The position numbers and the translations under genes were made by a program. A stretch of 64,000 nt of DNA from an uncultured Ignavibacteriota bacterium (GTDB lineage Bacteria; Bacteroidota; Ignavibacteria; UBA10030; UBA8401). Below the pieces are notes generated by a model. It worked only from the letters and a program-made list of their open reading frames with translations, was not told where the DNA came from and did not search any database. The stretch spans positions 4,682 to 68,681 of the forward strand of contig CAJBTU010000072.1 in assembly GCA_903958625.1 (NCBI GenBank), read 5' to 3'. Shown piece by piece: positions 19,864 through 29,899 of this stretch (position 1 is the first letter of the stretch; every line of letters starts with the position of its first letter).

Positions 19864-21239
19864 AACGTTTTTTTTTATATGGTCTATGCATCACTGTTTT
19901 TCTTCCTGCCGGGTTTGCCAATCAGCAGACGGATATCAAGAGAAAGGATCAGCAATTAAAACGGTTGCGCGCCGAGATCCAGCAATACGAACAGCAGATT
20001 GAAGAGAGCGAAATGAAAGAAAAGGCAACGCTGGGCCGCCTGGACATTATTGAAAAGAAGGCCAACCTTGTTAAAACGCTGCTGGAGGAACTGCGCGATG
20101 AAGAAAAACTGATCCGCGAATCCATCGAAAGCACGCGCGACAATGTAGCGCAGCTGGAAAAACAATTGACGTTCCTAAAGACCCACTACGCAAACTATGT
20201 TTCCTCCGTGTACAAATACGGAAAAGTGTACGATCTGGAAACGATCCTCTCTTCCAATTCCATCAATCAGCTTTATATCCGCATTGAATACATGAAGCGT
20301 TTTTCCGACCAGCGGAAAAAGGATCTCGAAAAGATCGTCACAAAGAAAGATCAGATCGAGATCGAACACAGTACGCTTCAGGAAAAACTTTCCACCGAAC
20401 AGCAGCTCATCTCCGAAAAGATCAGGGAGGAAAATACGCTCAACAAAACAAAGGAGCGCCGTAAAAACGTCCTGAAGGATATTCGCGAAGACAAGTCGCA
20501 GATGAAGAAAGAGCTGACACGAAAGATCTCTGCCGCCAAAGAACTGGAAAATCTCATCACCACATTGATTGAACAGGAGCGTATCAGAAAAGAAAAAGCG
20601 GAACGCCTGGAGCGGGAACGAAAAGAACGTATTGCAAAAGAACGGGCGGCGCAGCGCGAACGTGAACGGATCGCAAAGATCGAACGGGAGAAAGAATTGG
20701 CCGATCTGAAACGAAAAAACGATCTTGCAAAAGCGAAGGAGAAGGAAAGGGAGATCGCAGAAGCAAACCGGCGCGCAGAAGAACGTGAAAAGTTGTATGA
20801 GATCGAAACAGCAAAGGTCGAACTGGTGATGCGTCCGCTGCTCGAAAGGAAAGGAAAACTGATCTGGCCGGTGATCGGAGGAAGAGTTGTCGCCGAATTC
20901 GGTAATCAGGTCCATCCGGTGATGAAAACGATCACAACAAACACCGGAATCGACATTGCAACAAAAGAAAATGCACCGGTCCGCTGTGTGGCTGATGGAG
21001 AAATTGCGCTGATACACTGGCTGCCTTCATACGGCAATCTTATCATTATCAATCACAGCCACGGTTACCGAACCGTGTATGCACATTTATCGGAGATCTC
21101 GGTGGTAACTGGTCAGCAGATTAAAGAAGGGGCCGTCATCGCAAACAGCGGAGAGACCGTTTCGGGTAATTTATTGCACTTCGAGGTGTGGAAGGAAAAG
21201 GACAAGCAGAATCCGCGTGAATGGCTTGCCCGGCGGTAA
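19860..21239 (+). CDS. envC: EnvC-like murein hydrolase activator (coiled coil + degenerate M23/LytM domain)
   Basis: Long coiled coil and an M23 domain with incomplete Zn ligands (NTGID instead of HxxxD; LLHFE instead of HxH). Confidence 0.8.
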   Translation: MKRFFLYGLCITVFLPAGFANQQTDIKRKDQQLKRLRAEIQQYEQQIEESEMKEKATLGRLDIIEKKANLVKTLLEELRDEEKLIRESIESTRDNVAQLEKQLTFLKTHYANYVSSVYKYGKVYDLETILSSNSINQLYIRIEYMKRFSDQRKKDLEKIVTKKDQIEIEHSTLQEKLSTEQQLISEKIREENTLNKTKERRKNVLKDIREDKSQMKKELTRKISAAKELENLITTLIEQERIRKEKAERLERERKERIAKERAAQRERERIAKIEREKELADLKRKNDLAKAKEKEREIAEANRRAEEREKLYEIETAKVELVMRPLLERKGKLIWPVIGGRVVAEFGNQVHPVMKTITTNTGIDIATKENAPVRCVADGEIALIHWLPSYGNLIIINHSHGYRTVYAHLSEISVVTGQQIKEGAVIANSGETVSGNLLHFEVWKEKDKQNPREWLARR

Positions 21240-21379
21240 ATCCGGATCCCTCAATGTTACTTGGCGAAGGGCGGTCTTTATCGCGCCTTCATTTTCTTGC
21301 ATTTTTTCATAAGTTTGCTGTAATTGATAAACACATTTGTGCTAGCATCTTTACGCAATCAATATCTTAAAGGAAACCC

Positions 21380-22393
21380 GTGGCAAAACGAATTGAAAAA
21401 CCGGAGTCTGTGAAAACGAAACGCAGCGATGTAGAAGCGGTGCGTGAACTAAATTCATCGTATCAGGCAATGAGATCGGAGATCGCAAAGGTGATCGTCG
21501 GACAGGACGCCGTTATCGAACAGCTGTTCGTCTCCCTGCTCTCGCGCGGACATTGTCTGCTCGTCGGCGTTCCGGGGCTTGCCAAAACATTACTTATCAA
21601 GACGCTTGCCGAAGTGATCGATCTGAAATTCAACCGCATTCAATTCACGCCGGATCTGATGCCGAGCGATATTACGGGAACCGAGATCATCGAAGAGGAT
21701 AAAAAGAGCGGCGGAAAAGTATTCAAATTTGTTGAAGGCCCCGTCTTTGCAAACATCGTGCTTGCTGACGAGATCAACCGGACGCCTCCGAAAACTCAGG
21801 CCGCACTTCTGGAATCGATGCAGGAACACAAGGTCACCGCCGCCGGAAAGACATACACGCTTGATGAACCGTTCTTTGTTCTTGCCACGCAAAATCCGAT
21901 AGAACAGGAAGGAACGTATCCTCTTCCCGAAGCACAATTGGATCGATTCATGTTCAATTTATGGCTTGAATATCCATCGTTCGAGGAAGAGAAACAGATC
22001 GTTAAATCGACCACCAGTCAATATTTACCGAAACTCAAACATGTTTTAAGCGGCGACGATATTGTTGATTATCAGGATCTTGTCCGCCGCGTTCCGGTGG
22101 CGGATAATGTGATCGACTATGCCGTTCAGCTGGTTGCAAAAACGCGTCCAAAAGATCCGCGCTCACCGCAGTTCGTCAAAGATTGGCTCACCTGGGGGGC
22201 CGGACCGCGTGCATCGCAATATTTGATCCTTGGTGCAAAGACGCGTGCGATCCTCCACGGGAAATATACTCCGGACATGGAAGATGTCCGTGCGGTTGCC
22301 ATTCCCGTTCTGCGTCACCGCATTATTCCCAATTTCAACGCCGAGGCGGATGGAATTACTTCTGTGCAGATCGTGGAAAAACTGTTGGCGTGA
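21380..22393 (+). CDS. MoxR-family AAA+ ATPase
   Basis: Motifs GVPGLAKT, RIQFTPDLMPSD, DEINRTPPKTQAALLE and ATQNPIEQEGTYPLPEAQLDRF. Confidence 0.95.
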   Translation: MAKRIEKPESVKTKRSDVEAVRELNSSYQAMRSEIAKVIVGQDAVIEQLFVSLLSRGHCLLVGVPGLAKTLLIKTLAEVIDLKFNRIQFTPDLMPSDITGTEIIEEDKKSGGKVFKFVEGPVFANIVLADEINRTPPKTQAALLESMQEHKVTAAGKTYTLDEPFFVLATQNPIEQEGTYPLPEAQLDRFMFNLWLEYPSFEEEKQIVKSTTSQYLPKLKHVLSGDDIVDYQDLVRRVPVADNVIDYAVQLVAKTRPKDPRSPQFVKDWLTWGAGPRASQYLILGAKTRAILHGKYTPDMEDVRAVAIPVLRHRIIPNFNAEADGITSVQIVEKLLA

Positions 22394-22415
22394 TTTTTTT
22401 GTTGCGGCGATACTC

Positions 22416-22451
22416 TGAACCGTTTGCTTTACGTAAACGGTTCATTTTTTT
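22416..22451. terminator. Terminator between convergent moxR and thrB
   Basis: TGAACCGTTT...AAACGGTTCA 10-bp stem followed by a T-tract on the + strand. Confidence 0.75.
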
Positions 22452-23343
22452 AAACGACAGAGATACCGCTATTTTCAACCTTCATCACTTCGGCGCTTGC
22501 CTTCTGACCGCGTAACTCAAACGCGTTACGCATCGCTTCGGCGATCTGCTGTTCGTTCTTTACTGTAAATGCAAACACCGTCGGACCCGCTCCGCTGATA
22601 TTGAATGATAATGCACCGGCCTTCAGCGCTGCTTTCTTTATTTCATCATATCCCGGAATGAGTACGGCGCGGTATTGTTCGTGAAGTTTTTCCGCCGTTG
22701 CATATCGCAGTGCTTCGAAATCACCGCTCATCAGTGCCGCCACTAGCGATGCGGCATTTTCAATATTGGTAACAGCATCCTGAAGAGAAACCTGCTGCGG
22801 TAATATTTTTCTCGCTTCTTTGGTCTGCACCTGGAAATGAGGGGAACAAGTAATAACGGAAAGGGTGCGTTCAATCTTCACGCTCCTACAGTGAACGGTA
22901 TGTTCCGCATCAAAACAGTTGACCGTCAATCCTCCGAATAACGCGGCGGAAACATTGTCCGGATGTCCTTCGATGCCGACGGCAATATTCAGCATTTCTT
23001 CCCGCGTCAATCCGCCCTTCAATAATTCGTTCGCAAGAAAAACGCCTCCGGCGATCGCCGCACCGCTGCCCCCGAGTCCGCCATATGCAGGAATTCCGTT
23101 GTTTATGTGAAGATGAACCGCGGGAAGATCTTTTCCCAGTTTTTGTGCTGTCGTATTCATTGCTGAATAGACAAGATTTGTCTCGTCTGCGGCAATATGG
23201 TCTTTACCGTTTCCTTCAACAACAATGGATCGCTGAGCGGCTGCTTCCGCCGATAAAATTAAATACCGGTTGAGCGCTAAACCAAGCGTATCAAATCCGG
23301 GACCCAGATTGGAGGTTGAGCAGGGAATTTTTATTTGGACCAT
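22450..23343 (-). CDS. thrB: Homoserine kinase
   Basis: Motifs STSNLGPGFDTLG, GLGGSGA, EGHPDNV and ISGAGPT. Confidence 0.95.
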   Translation of the reverse strand: MVQIKIPCSTSNLGPGFDTLGLALNRYLILSAEAAAQRSIVVEGNGKDHIAADETNLVYSAMNTTAQKLGKDLPAVHLHINNGIPAYGGLGGSGAAIAGGVFLANELLKGGLTREEMLNIAVGIEGHPDNVSAALFGGLTVNCFDAEHTVHCRSVKIERTLSVITCSPHFQVQTKEARKILPQQVSLQDAVTNIENAASLVAALMSGDFEALRYATAEKLHEQYRAVLIPGYDEIKKAALKAGALSFNISGAGPTVFAFTVKNEQQIAEAMRNAFELRGQKASAEVMKVENSGISVV

Positions 23344-23399
23344 AATTAATTACGGGATGAGTGCGTATCGTGCTTACTCTTGATAATTTTGCGTTCTTA

Positions 23400-24674
23400 T
23401 TATGACAAGTATTTTTTTATTTCGTCAATGCTTGCTTCCACATCGTGCGGCGGATTGGCAAGCACGCTCATTCGGTTAAAATGATAATCCACGATCACCT
23501 GCGGGTCTTTAAGAATATTTCCCGTAAGAATACCGACCACTGTTTCGTGTGTTTTGATCTCGCCCGATGCGATCAGTTTTTTTATACCGGCAACCGTTGC
23601 GCATGATGCGGGTTCGGCTCCAATCCCCGCGGCATCAACATTTGCTTTTGTTTCAAGAATTTCTTCGTCGGTCACGCTTTCTACAATTCCATTCGTCCAC
23701 TTCAACGCACGGACCGCCTTGGTGTAATTCACCGGATCACCGATCTTAATTGCCGTTGCAATTGTCTCTGCTTTTTCGGTCTTCAATCCGGAAAAATTAT
23801 TTTTATACGCTTTATAGAATGGGCTTGCCCCTTCCGCCTGGATCACGGCAAACCGCGGTAAACGGTCAATGAGCCCAATCTGACGCGCTTCGTGCAATGC
23901 TTTTCCGAAGGCGCTTGTGTTGCCAAGATTCCCTCCGGGGAAAACGATCCAGTCTGGAACCTGCCAGTTAAGCTGCTGCAGGATCTCCCACATGATCGTC
24001 TTCTGCCCTTCAAGACGGAACGGATTGATGGAATTGAGCGGATAGGCAGAAAGTTTTTCCTGCGCTTCGCGGATCAAACGCATGCAATCGTCAAAATCTC
24101 CATTGACAACAAGGGTTTTTGTTCCGTAGGCCAGCGCCTGCGAGATTTTTCCAACGGCAACATTTCCTTTCGGAATGAGCACGATTCCTGTCAATTCGGC
24201 CTCCGAAGCATAGGCCGCGAGCGATGCCGACGTATTTCCTGTCGACGCGCAGGTGACCGCTTTTTGATTCAAATGCTTCGCCATTGTTATCGCTGCGGTC
24301 ATTCCTCGATCTTTAAAAGAGCCGGTCGGATTTTCTCCTTCATGTTTCAGAAAGAATTTTTCTTTGTTCAATCCAAGCCATGAAGAGATCTTCTTGGTAC
24401 GGTACAGCCGCGTGTTCCCCTCCTGTTTGGAAACGATCTCCGATTCTGTAATGTCCGGCAAGACCATTTCCTTAAAATGCCATACGCCGCCGCTTGGCTG
24501 TCCGTTGATCGATACACGTTTGCTTAAAAAATATTCCCGTGTCAGCGGGTATTTCTTCTTCAACGCATCAAAATCGTGAATAACATCCAGAAGTTCGCCG
24601 TTATCCGCTGTGAACCGGACTTCGTCCAACGGATATTCCTTGCCTGACGAGATGCTTTTTAAAATCGATTTCAT
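23400..24674 (-). CDS. thrC: Threonine synthase
   Basis: Motifs NPTGSFKDRG (PLP lysine), CASTGNTSAS and NSINPFRLEGQKT. Confidence 0.95.
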   Translation of the reverse strand: MKSILKSISSGKEYPLDEVRFTADNGELLDVIHDFDALKKKYPLTREYFLSKRVSINGQPSGGVWHFKEMVLPDITESEIVSKQEGNTRLYRTKKISSWLGLNKEKFFLKHEGENPTGSFKDRGMTAAITMAKHLNQKAVTCASTGNTSASLAAYASEAELTGIVLIPKGNVAVGKISQALAYGTKTLVVNGDFDDCMRLIREAQEKLSAYPLNSINPFRLEGQKTIMWEILQQLNWQVPDWIVFPGGNLGNTSAFGKALHEARQIGLIDRLPRFAVIQAEGASPFYKAYKNNFSGLKTEKAETIATAIKIGDPVNYTKAVRALKWTNGIVESVTDEEILETKANVDAAGIGAEPASCATVAGIKKLIASGEIKTHETVVGILTGNILKDPQVIVDYHFNRMSVLANPPHDVEASIDEIKKYLS

Positions 24675-24675
24675 A

Positions 24676-24924
24676 TCAACAATGTTTCGGAACTGGGATA
24701 TCGTTAATGGAAATAATATGGTCTAACCGGATCACGGTGCCGTCGTCTACTTTTAAATACTCAGCGCTCTCTTTAGAATAGATGTCGACGATGATACCGT
24801 CGGCGGTTTTCTCGGACCCGTCCTGATAAAGAATGGAACAGCGTGTCCGTTTCGTTGCGTAGGCCTCTATCTGGTCATAATACGAACAGCTGATGCTTTG
24901 ATATTTGTTGGTTGTTTTGCTCAT
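24676..24924 (-). CDS. rof: Rof/YaeO-like Rho-binding antiterminator
   Basis: 82 aa. The YQSISCSYYDQIE...EYL...IRLDHI pattern matches the Rof family (E. coli YQPINCDDYDNLE...EYL...LRLDKI, recalled). It has an ATGA overlap with the aspartokinase stop. Confidence 0.75.
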   Translation of the reverse strand: MSKTTNKYQSISCSYYDQIEAYATKRTRCSILYQDGSEKTADGIIVDIYSKESAEYLKVDDGTVIRLDHIISINDIPVPKHC

Positions 24925-26312
24925 AAATGAAATGCATCATGCACAGATTGAACTGCTTTCTTTGCTTCAATTTGTTCTACTACAAAAGAGATGTTCAATT
25001 CCGAAGAACCCTGCGCGATCGCAATAATGTTCACATCCGCTTTTGCCACCGCATCGAATGTGCGACCGGCGATCCCTTTTGACCCGATCATTCCTTCGCC
25101 CACCACCGCAACAATGGAAACGGGTTCCTTCACCGATACATCATCAATAATTTTCTTTGCAATATCAATGCTAAATTCGTCTCTCAGTACTTTTACTCCA
25201 ACGGCGCAGTCTTTTCGCGGCACTATGATGCAGACGTTGTGTTCCGAAGACGCCTGCGAGATCATCATCACGTTCACCTGCGCCCGTGCAAGCGCCGAAA
25301 AGATCCTTGCCGACACGCCGGGAACCCCGATCATTCCGTTCCCCTCGATCGAAATGATCGCAAGATTATCGATTGAAGTTACTGTTTTGGCAGAACTTCC
25401 TTTCTTGTCCGGTTTTGCTGAAATGAGCGTGCCCGGATATTCAGGATTGAATGTATTCTTGATCCTGATCGGTATATTTTTTACGATTGCGGGGACCATT
25501 GTCTTCGGATGAATGACTTTTGCTCCGAAGTAACTCATCTCTGCCGCTTCGCGGTAGGAGATTTCCGGCAGTACCTTGGCACCCTTTACATATCTTGGAT
25601 CGGCGGTCATCACGCCGTCAACATCCGTCCATATCCAGATCTCCCTGCTGTTCACCGCTGAGCCAACGATCGATCCCGTATAATCCGAGCCGCTGCGGCC
25701 GATTGTTGTGGTGATACCGTCTTCCGTTGATGCAATAAATCCGGTCACGACAGGTACAAATCCGTTGTGAACCAATGAAGTGATTGTTTCATTTATCTTA
25801 CCGTTGGAATATGAAAAGTCAACAGCTGCCTCTCCAAAATTATCGTCCGTTCGAATGATCGTCCTGGCATCGACAAAACAGGATTTAATGCCGTTCTCTT
25901 CAAAGATCGCAGCGATCTGTCTACACGACATGATCTCGCCGAAGGAGGCGATCGCATCCAGCGAGCGGGGAGACAGTTCGCGCAGCAGACTCACTCCGTG
26001 ATACAGATTCGTCAGTTCGTCGATCGATTGCTGCTGTTCCTTAATGAGTGCCTCGCACCGGGAAGAATCCTGTATCATCGTATTGGCAATCTGCGCGTGG
26101 CGTTCCCGAATCGCGGCAACTGCGGTTTTTACCTCTCCGCTCTTTCGTTCCACTGCTTTTTGCGCCGTATCAAGAAGAACGTTTGTCAACCCTCCCATTG
26201 CCGATGCAACAATCACGGGTTGTTCATTCTCGAATTTCTTAACGATGGCAACCACTTCCTGTAAACGAAGAACATCGCCGACCGATGTTCCGCCGAATTT
26301 CATTGTAAGCAT
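24921..26312 (-). CDS. lysC: Aspartate kinase (monofunctional, ThrA-like ACT domains)
   Basis: Motifs MKFGGTSV, TTIGRSGSDY and IWTDVDGVMTADPR, with two ACT domains and no homoserine dehydrogenase domain. Confidence 0.9.
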   Translation of the reverse strand: MLTMKFGGTSVGDVLRLQEVVAIVKKFENEQPVIVASAMGGLTNVLLDTAQKAVERKSGEVKTAVAAIRERHAQIANTMIQDSSRCEALIKEQQQSIDELTNLYHGVSLLRELSPRSLDAIASFGEIMSCRQIAAIFEENGIKSCFVDARTIIRTDDNFGEAAVDFSYSNGKINETITSLVHNGFVPVVTGFIASTEDGITTTIGRSGSDYTGSIVGSAVNSREIWIWTDVDGVMTADPRYVKGAKVLPEISYREAAEMSYFGAKVIHPKTMVPAIVKNIPIRIKNTFNPEYPGTLISAKPDKKGSSAKTVTSIDNLAIISIEGNGMIGVPGVSARIFSALARAQVNVMMISQASSEHNVCIIVPRKDCAVGVKVLRDEFSIDIAKKIIDDVSVKEPVSIVAVVGEGMIGSKGIAGRTFDAVAKADVNIIAIAQGSSELNISFVVEQIEAKKAVQSVHDAFHL

Positions 26313-26322
26313 ATGATTGTTT

Positions 26323-27312
26323 TTAACCTTGTTTTTCCATCAACGATACAATATGAGAAAAATGTGTGGTATATGTTTCAGCAATAAAATCCATTTCGCT
26401 GCGGTCAAGTTTTACAATTTTGGTGTTCATCTCGGCTTGTCCCGGGGTTTTTATCCCGGGTATGATCGTGGAAACACCCGGCATGTTTGCACAAAAACTC
26501 ATCGCCAAAGTTGTTTTGGAGATCTTTTTTTCCTCCGCTATGCGCCAAATATTTTCCAGTCCGGAAAGCGATGTTTCAATGATCTCTTTGGTGAGTCGAA
26601 ACGACCGGTGATCGTTCGGCGAGAACGATGTCTCCCCCGACACTCTTCCTGTCAGCAGTCCGAATTGCAGCGGCATACGGGCAATGATACCGTATCCTTT
26701 CGCGGCGGCCTTTTCAATAAGGCCGCGTGCGTGCTGATTGATGATGTTGAATACCAGTTGAAATCCCTGACCAAGATTTCTGTCGATCATAAATTCCGAT
26801 TCCGCGTATGGATGAAACGTGTTAAGCGACAATCCCCAGGAACGGATCTTTCCCTGTTTCATCAGTTGATCCATCGCTTCCACACAATCGCCCTGTTCAA
26901 GATGCACCATCCGGGCAGAATGCAATTGATAATAATCGATGACCTCTCGCCGCAATCGTTTCAGACTCCGGTCGCATGCCTCCACAATATGTTTTCGGCT
27001 GTAGTCAAGCGCGATCGCATTTTCTTTCGTTGTGCGGTGTCCTACTTTTGTCGCGATAATGACGTCCGGAGAATTTCCGAATGTTTCACCGATCAATTCT
27101 TCCGAATGACCGAGACCATAAAAATCCGCCGTATCGAAAAAATTGATGCCGAGTTCTTTTGCGCGGATCAACGCTTTCTTCGAAATCGCATCGTCAACAT
27201 CTCCCCATCCGATCGGCGTTGAACCGACCATTGCGGGACCGCCGATTCCCCATGCTCCAAAACCGACGATGCTGACGTTCAGCCCTGTTGTTCCTAATTG
27301 TCTGTATTCCAT
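26323..27312 (-). CDS. Aldo/keto reductase
   Basis: Catalytic tetrad motifs FFDTADFYG, IATKVG and YYQLH. It has a TAATG overlap with the leuB stop. Confidence 0.9.
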   Translation of the reverse strand: MEYRQLGTTGLNVSIVGFGAWGIGGPAMVGSTPIGWGDVDDAISKKALIRAKELGINFFDTADFYGLGHSEELIGETFGNSPDVIIATKVGHRTTKENAIALDYSRKHIVEACDRSLKRLRREVIDYYQLHSARMVHLEQGDCVEAMDQLMKQGKIRSWGLSLNTFHPYAESEFMIDRNLGQGFQLVFNIINQHARGLIEKAAAKGYGIIARMPLQFGLLTGRVSGETSFSPNDHRSFRLTKEIIETSLSGLENIWRIAEEKKISKTTLAMSFCANMPGVSTIIPGIKTPGQAEMNTKIVKLDRSEMDFIAETYTTHFSHIVSLMEKQG

Positions 27313-28379
27313 TAGAGTGTTTCGGAAATCTTTTGTGTCATTTCCTGCGTGCCGAGCAATGTGGTCCCTTCGGTAAAAATATCCCCGGTTCGGAATCCTT
27401 TGCCCAATACTTTCTCTATCGCTTGTTCTATCGCTTCCGATTCTGCGCTGAGATCGAACGAATATTTCAGCATCATGGCCACAGATGCAATCGTTGCGAT
27501 CGGATTCGCTTTGTTCTGTCCGGCAATATCCGGAGCGCTGCCGTGAACCGGTTCATACATTGCCACCGTGCCGCCGAGGCTTGCAGAGGCGAGCATTCCG
27601 ATGGAACCGGTGAGCATCGCCGCTTCGTCGCTGAGAATGTCGCCAAACAAATTTTCAGTGACGATCACGTCGAACTGTTTCGGATCGCGTATCAATTGCA
27701 TTGCGCAGTTGTCCACATACATGTGCGACAGTTCAACGTCCGGATATTGTTTGGCAACTTCAAGAACGATCTTCCGCCACAGCTGCGATGTTTCCAGTAC
27801 GTTCGCCTTGTCCACGGAACATAACTTCTTTTTCCGTTTTCGTGCGATCTCAAATGCGGATTCCGCTATTCGTTTCACCTCGGATACGGAATAGATCATT
27901 GTGTTGAATCCGACCTCTTCGCCGTTTCTCTGTTCAAATCCGCTTGGCTTCCCAAAATACAATCCGCCGGTCAATTCACGCACAACAATAATATCAACTC
28001 CATCCACAATTTCTTTCTTCAGCGACGAAGCATCTACAAGCGCAGAATATATTTTTGCGGGACGGATATTGGCGTACAATCCAAGTTCCTTGCGGAGTCC
28101 CAGCAGCGCACGTTCCGGTTTAAGATGCTGCGGATTCGAGTCCCATTTCGGTCCTCCGACAGCGCCGAGAAGAACGGCATCACTGGATTTTGCCAACATC
28201 AATGTCTCTTCCGGAAGCGGAACTCCTTTTGCATCCAAGGCGGCGCCTCCGGCGAGGGCGTAGTGATAATCAAATGTATGTTTGAACTTGTTGGCAATGA
28301 CGTCCAGAACGTGAAGAGCGCTTGCAACAACTTCTTTTCCGATCCCGTCGCCGGGAATTACGGCAATATTTTTTTTCAT
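27312..28379 (-). CDS. leuB: 3-isopropylmalate dehydrogenase
   Basis: Motifs [31 protein letters not shown] and [12 protein letters not shown]. Confidence 0.97.
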   Translation of the reverse strand: MKKNIAVIPGDGIGKEVVASALHVLDVIANKFKHTFDYHYALAGGAALDAKGVPLPEETLMLAKSSDAVLLGAVGGPKWDSNPQHLKPERALLGLRKELGLYANIRPAKIYSALVDASSLKKEIVDGVDIIVVRELTGGLYFGKPSGFEQRNGEEVGFNTMIYSVSEVKRIAESAFEIARKRKKKLCSVDKANVLETSQLWRKIVLEVAKQYPDVELSHMYVDNCAMQLIRDPKQFDVIVTENLFGDILSDEAAMLTGSIGMLASASLGGTVAMYEPVHGSAPDIAGQNKANPIATIASVAMMLKYSFDLSAESEAIEQAIEKVLGKGFRTGDIFTEGTTLLGTQEMTQKISETL

Positions 28380-28440
28380 AATCTCGTAATTATTTCATTG
28401 AATCGATGCTGAGGTGACCATGGTTCGTGCTTAAATATAC

Positions 28441-29265
28441 TCAATGTTTATTGATTAATTCCGACAGTTCTCTCGACCGGTTCGTTGCCGTTGCCACCGC
28501 ATCAATAAGCATCGAACGCAAGCCGTGAGATTCAAGTTCGTGAATTGCGTTGATCGTCGTTCCGCCCGGGGTCGTTACCTGATCGCGCAAAATAGCAGGA
28601 TGAACATTCGATTCCTTCACCAGTTTTGCGGATCCGAGAACGGTTTGGATCGCCAGTTTCGTGGAAATATCGCGGGGCAGACCCATTTTCACGCCGCCGT
28701 CGATCAACGCTTCGATCACCATATAAATATAGGCCGGGCCGCTGCCGCTTAATCCTGTTACCGCATCAAGATGCTGCTCACCAACAACCACAACATCGCC
28801 GACCGCTTCGAAGATCTTAATGGCAACATCGTGCTGTGCGGCTTGAACATGCTTGCCAAATGAAATTGCTGTTGAACCGAGTCCAACGGTTGACGCAATG
28901 TTCGGCATGCAGCGTGCAATGGGAATATTTTTTCCAACGATCTTTTCCATGGAAGCAGTGGTAACACCGGCTGCAATAGAAATTACGAACTGACCTTTGT
29001 GGAGCACTTTGCGCATTTCGTCCAGCACGGAGCGTATCACCGATGCTTTAATGCAAAGAATAACGATATCCGCATGCCTGGCGGCATCCTTATTGTTCGT
29101 CGTAACATTGATGCCGAATTCTTTGGCGAGTTTGTCTAATTTGTCGATCCTTGTACCGCTGGCGTAGATCTTTTTTGCACTGGTGAGATTCGCCGTAAGA
29201 ATTCCACGGATGAGTGCCGTCCCCATGTTTCCTGCGCCGATGATCGCTATGGTTTTATTTAACAT
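28441..29265 (-). CDS. proC: Pyrroline-5-carboxylate reductase
   Basis: Motifs IGAGNMG, RCMPN, TGLSGSGPAY and VTTPGGTT. Confidence 0.95.
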   Translation of the reverse strand: MLNKTIAIIGAGNMGTALIRGILTANLTSAKKIYASGTRIDKLDKLAKEFGINVTTNNKDAARHADIVILCIKASVIRSVLDEMRKVLHKGQFVISIAAGVTTASMEKIVGKNIPIARCMPNIASTVGLGSTAISFGKHVQAAQHDVAIKIFEAVGDVVVVGEQHLDAVTGLSGSGPAYIYMVIEALIDGGVKMGLPRDISTKLAIQTVLGSAKLVKESNVHPAILRDQVTTPGGTTINAIHELESHGLRSMLIDAVATATNRSRELSELINKH

Positions 29266-29319
29266 GCTGTTGTTCTCCCCTCAACGCCTTCAATGGTCTC
29301 TATGGTGAATATGTATAAT

Positions 29320-29886
29320 TTACTTTTTTTGCAGCATTCCCGATGCTCGCGCATATTCGAATATTCCTCCGCCGCGAAGGATGTGTTCAATATCGCCGAG
29401 CGGATTGAGTTGATACTCTTTCTTTTGAGTAATATTTTTCACGATGCATTTTGTCGTATCCAGTTCAAGATCGTCGCCGGTGCGGATCTCCTTCAACAAT
29501 TGGTGCGCCGTTTCGAACGGCGCGATGAACGCACCGTCGATCGAATTGCGGTAGAATATCCGCGCATATCCTTCGGCGATCACCGCTTCTATCCCCGCAA
29601 CCTGCAGGGCGAACGGAGCATGCTCACGCGAAGAACCGCAGCCGAAATTTTTTCCGCCGATGACAATGGTGTATTCGCTCTTCCAGTTTCCTTCGTTGAT
29701 AAAGGGAATGTTTCCCTCCGGAAGACCGGAGCGCTCTATCGGCACTCCGGAGAATGCGTATCGTCCGTAGTTTTTCTTTTCTTCGGGATCGTCCAGTTTA
29801 TACACCAGATGTGCCGCCGGAATGATCTGGTCGGTATCAATGTCGTTGCCGAGCACAAATGCTTTGCCGCTGATAATTGGTTTCAT
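29320..29886 (-). CDS. leuD: 3-isopropylmalate/citramalate isomerase small subunit
   Basis: Motifs DIDTDQIIP, NFGCGSSREHA and YARIFYRN. Confidence 0.93.
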   Translation of the reverse strand: MKPIISGKAFVLGNDIDTDQIIPAAHLVYKLDDPEEKKNYGRYAFSGVPIERSGLPEGNIPFINEGNWKSEYTIVIGGKNFGCGSSREHAPFALQVAGIEAVIAEGYARIFYRNSIDGAFIAPFETAHQLLKEIRTGDDLELDTTKCIVKNITQKKEYQLNPLGDIEHILRGGGIFEYARASGMLQKK

Positions 29887-29899
29887 ACGTTCCTGTTTC

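Noticed and set aside
26317..27222. 301-aa + strand ORF, and similar long shadows at 10150-10920, 20175-21017 and 37273-37941
   Set aside because: Each lies fully antisense to a well-supported gene and is explained by codon bias of the real strand.
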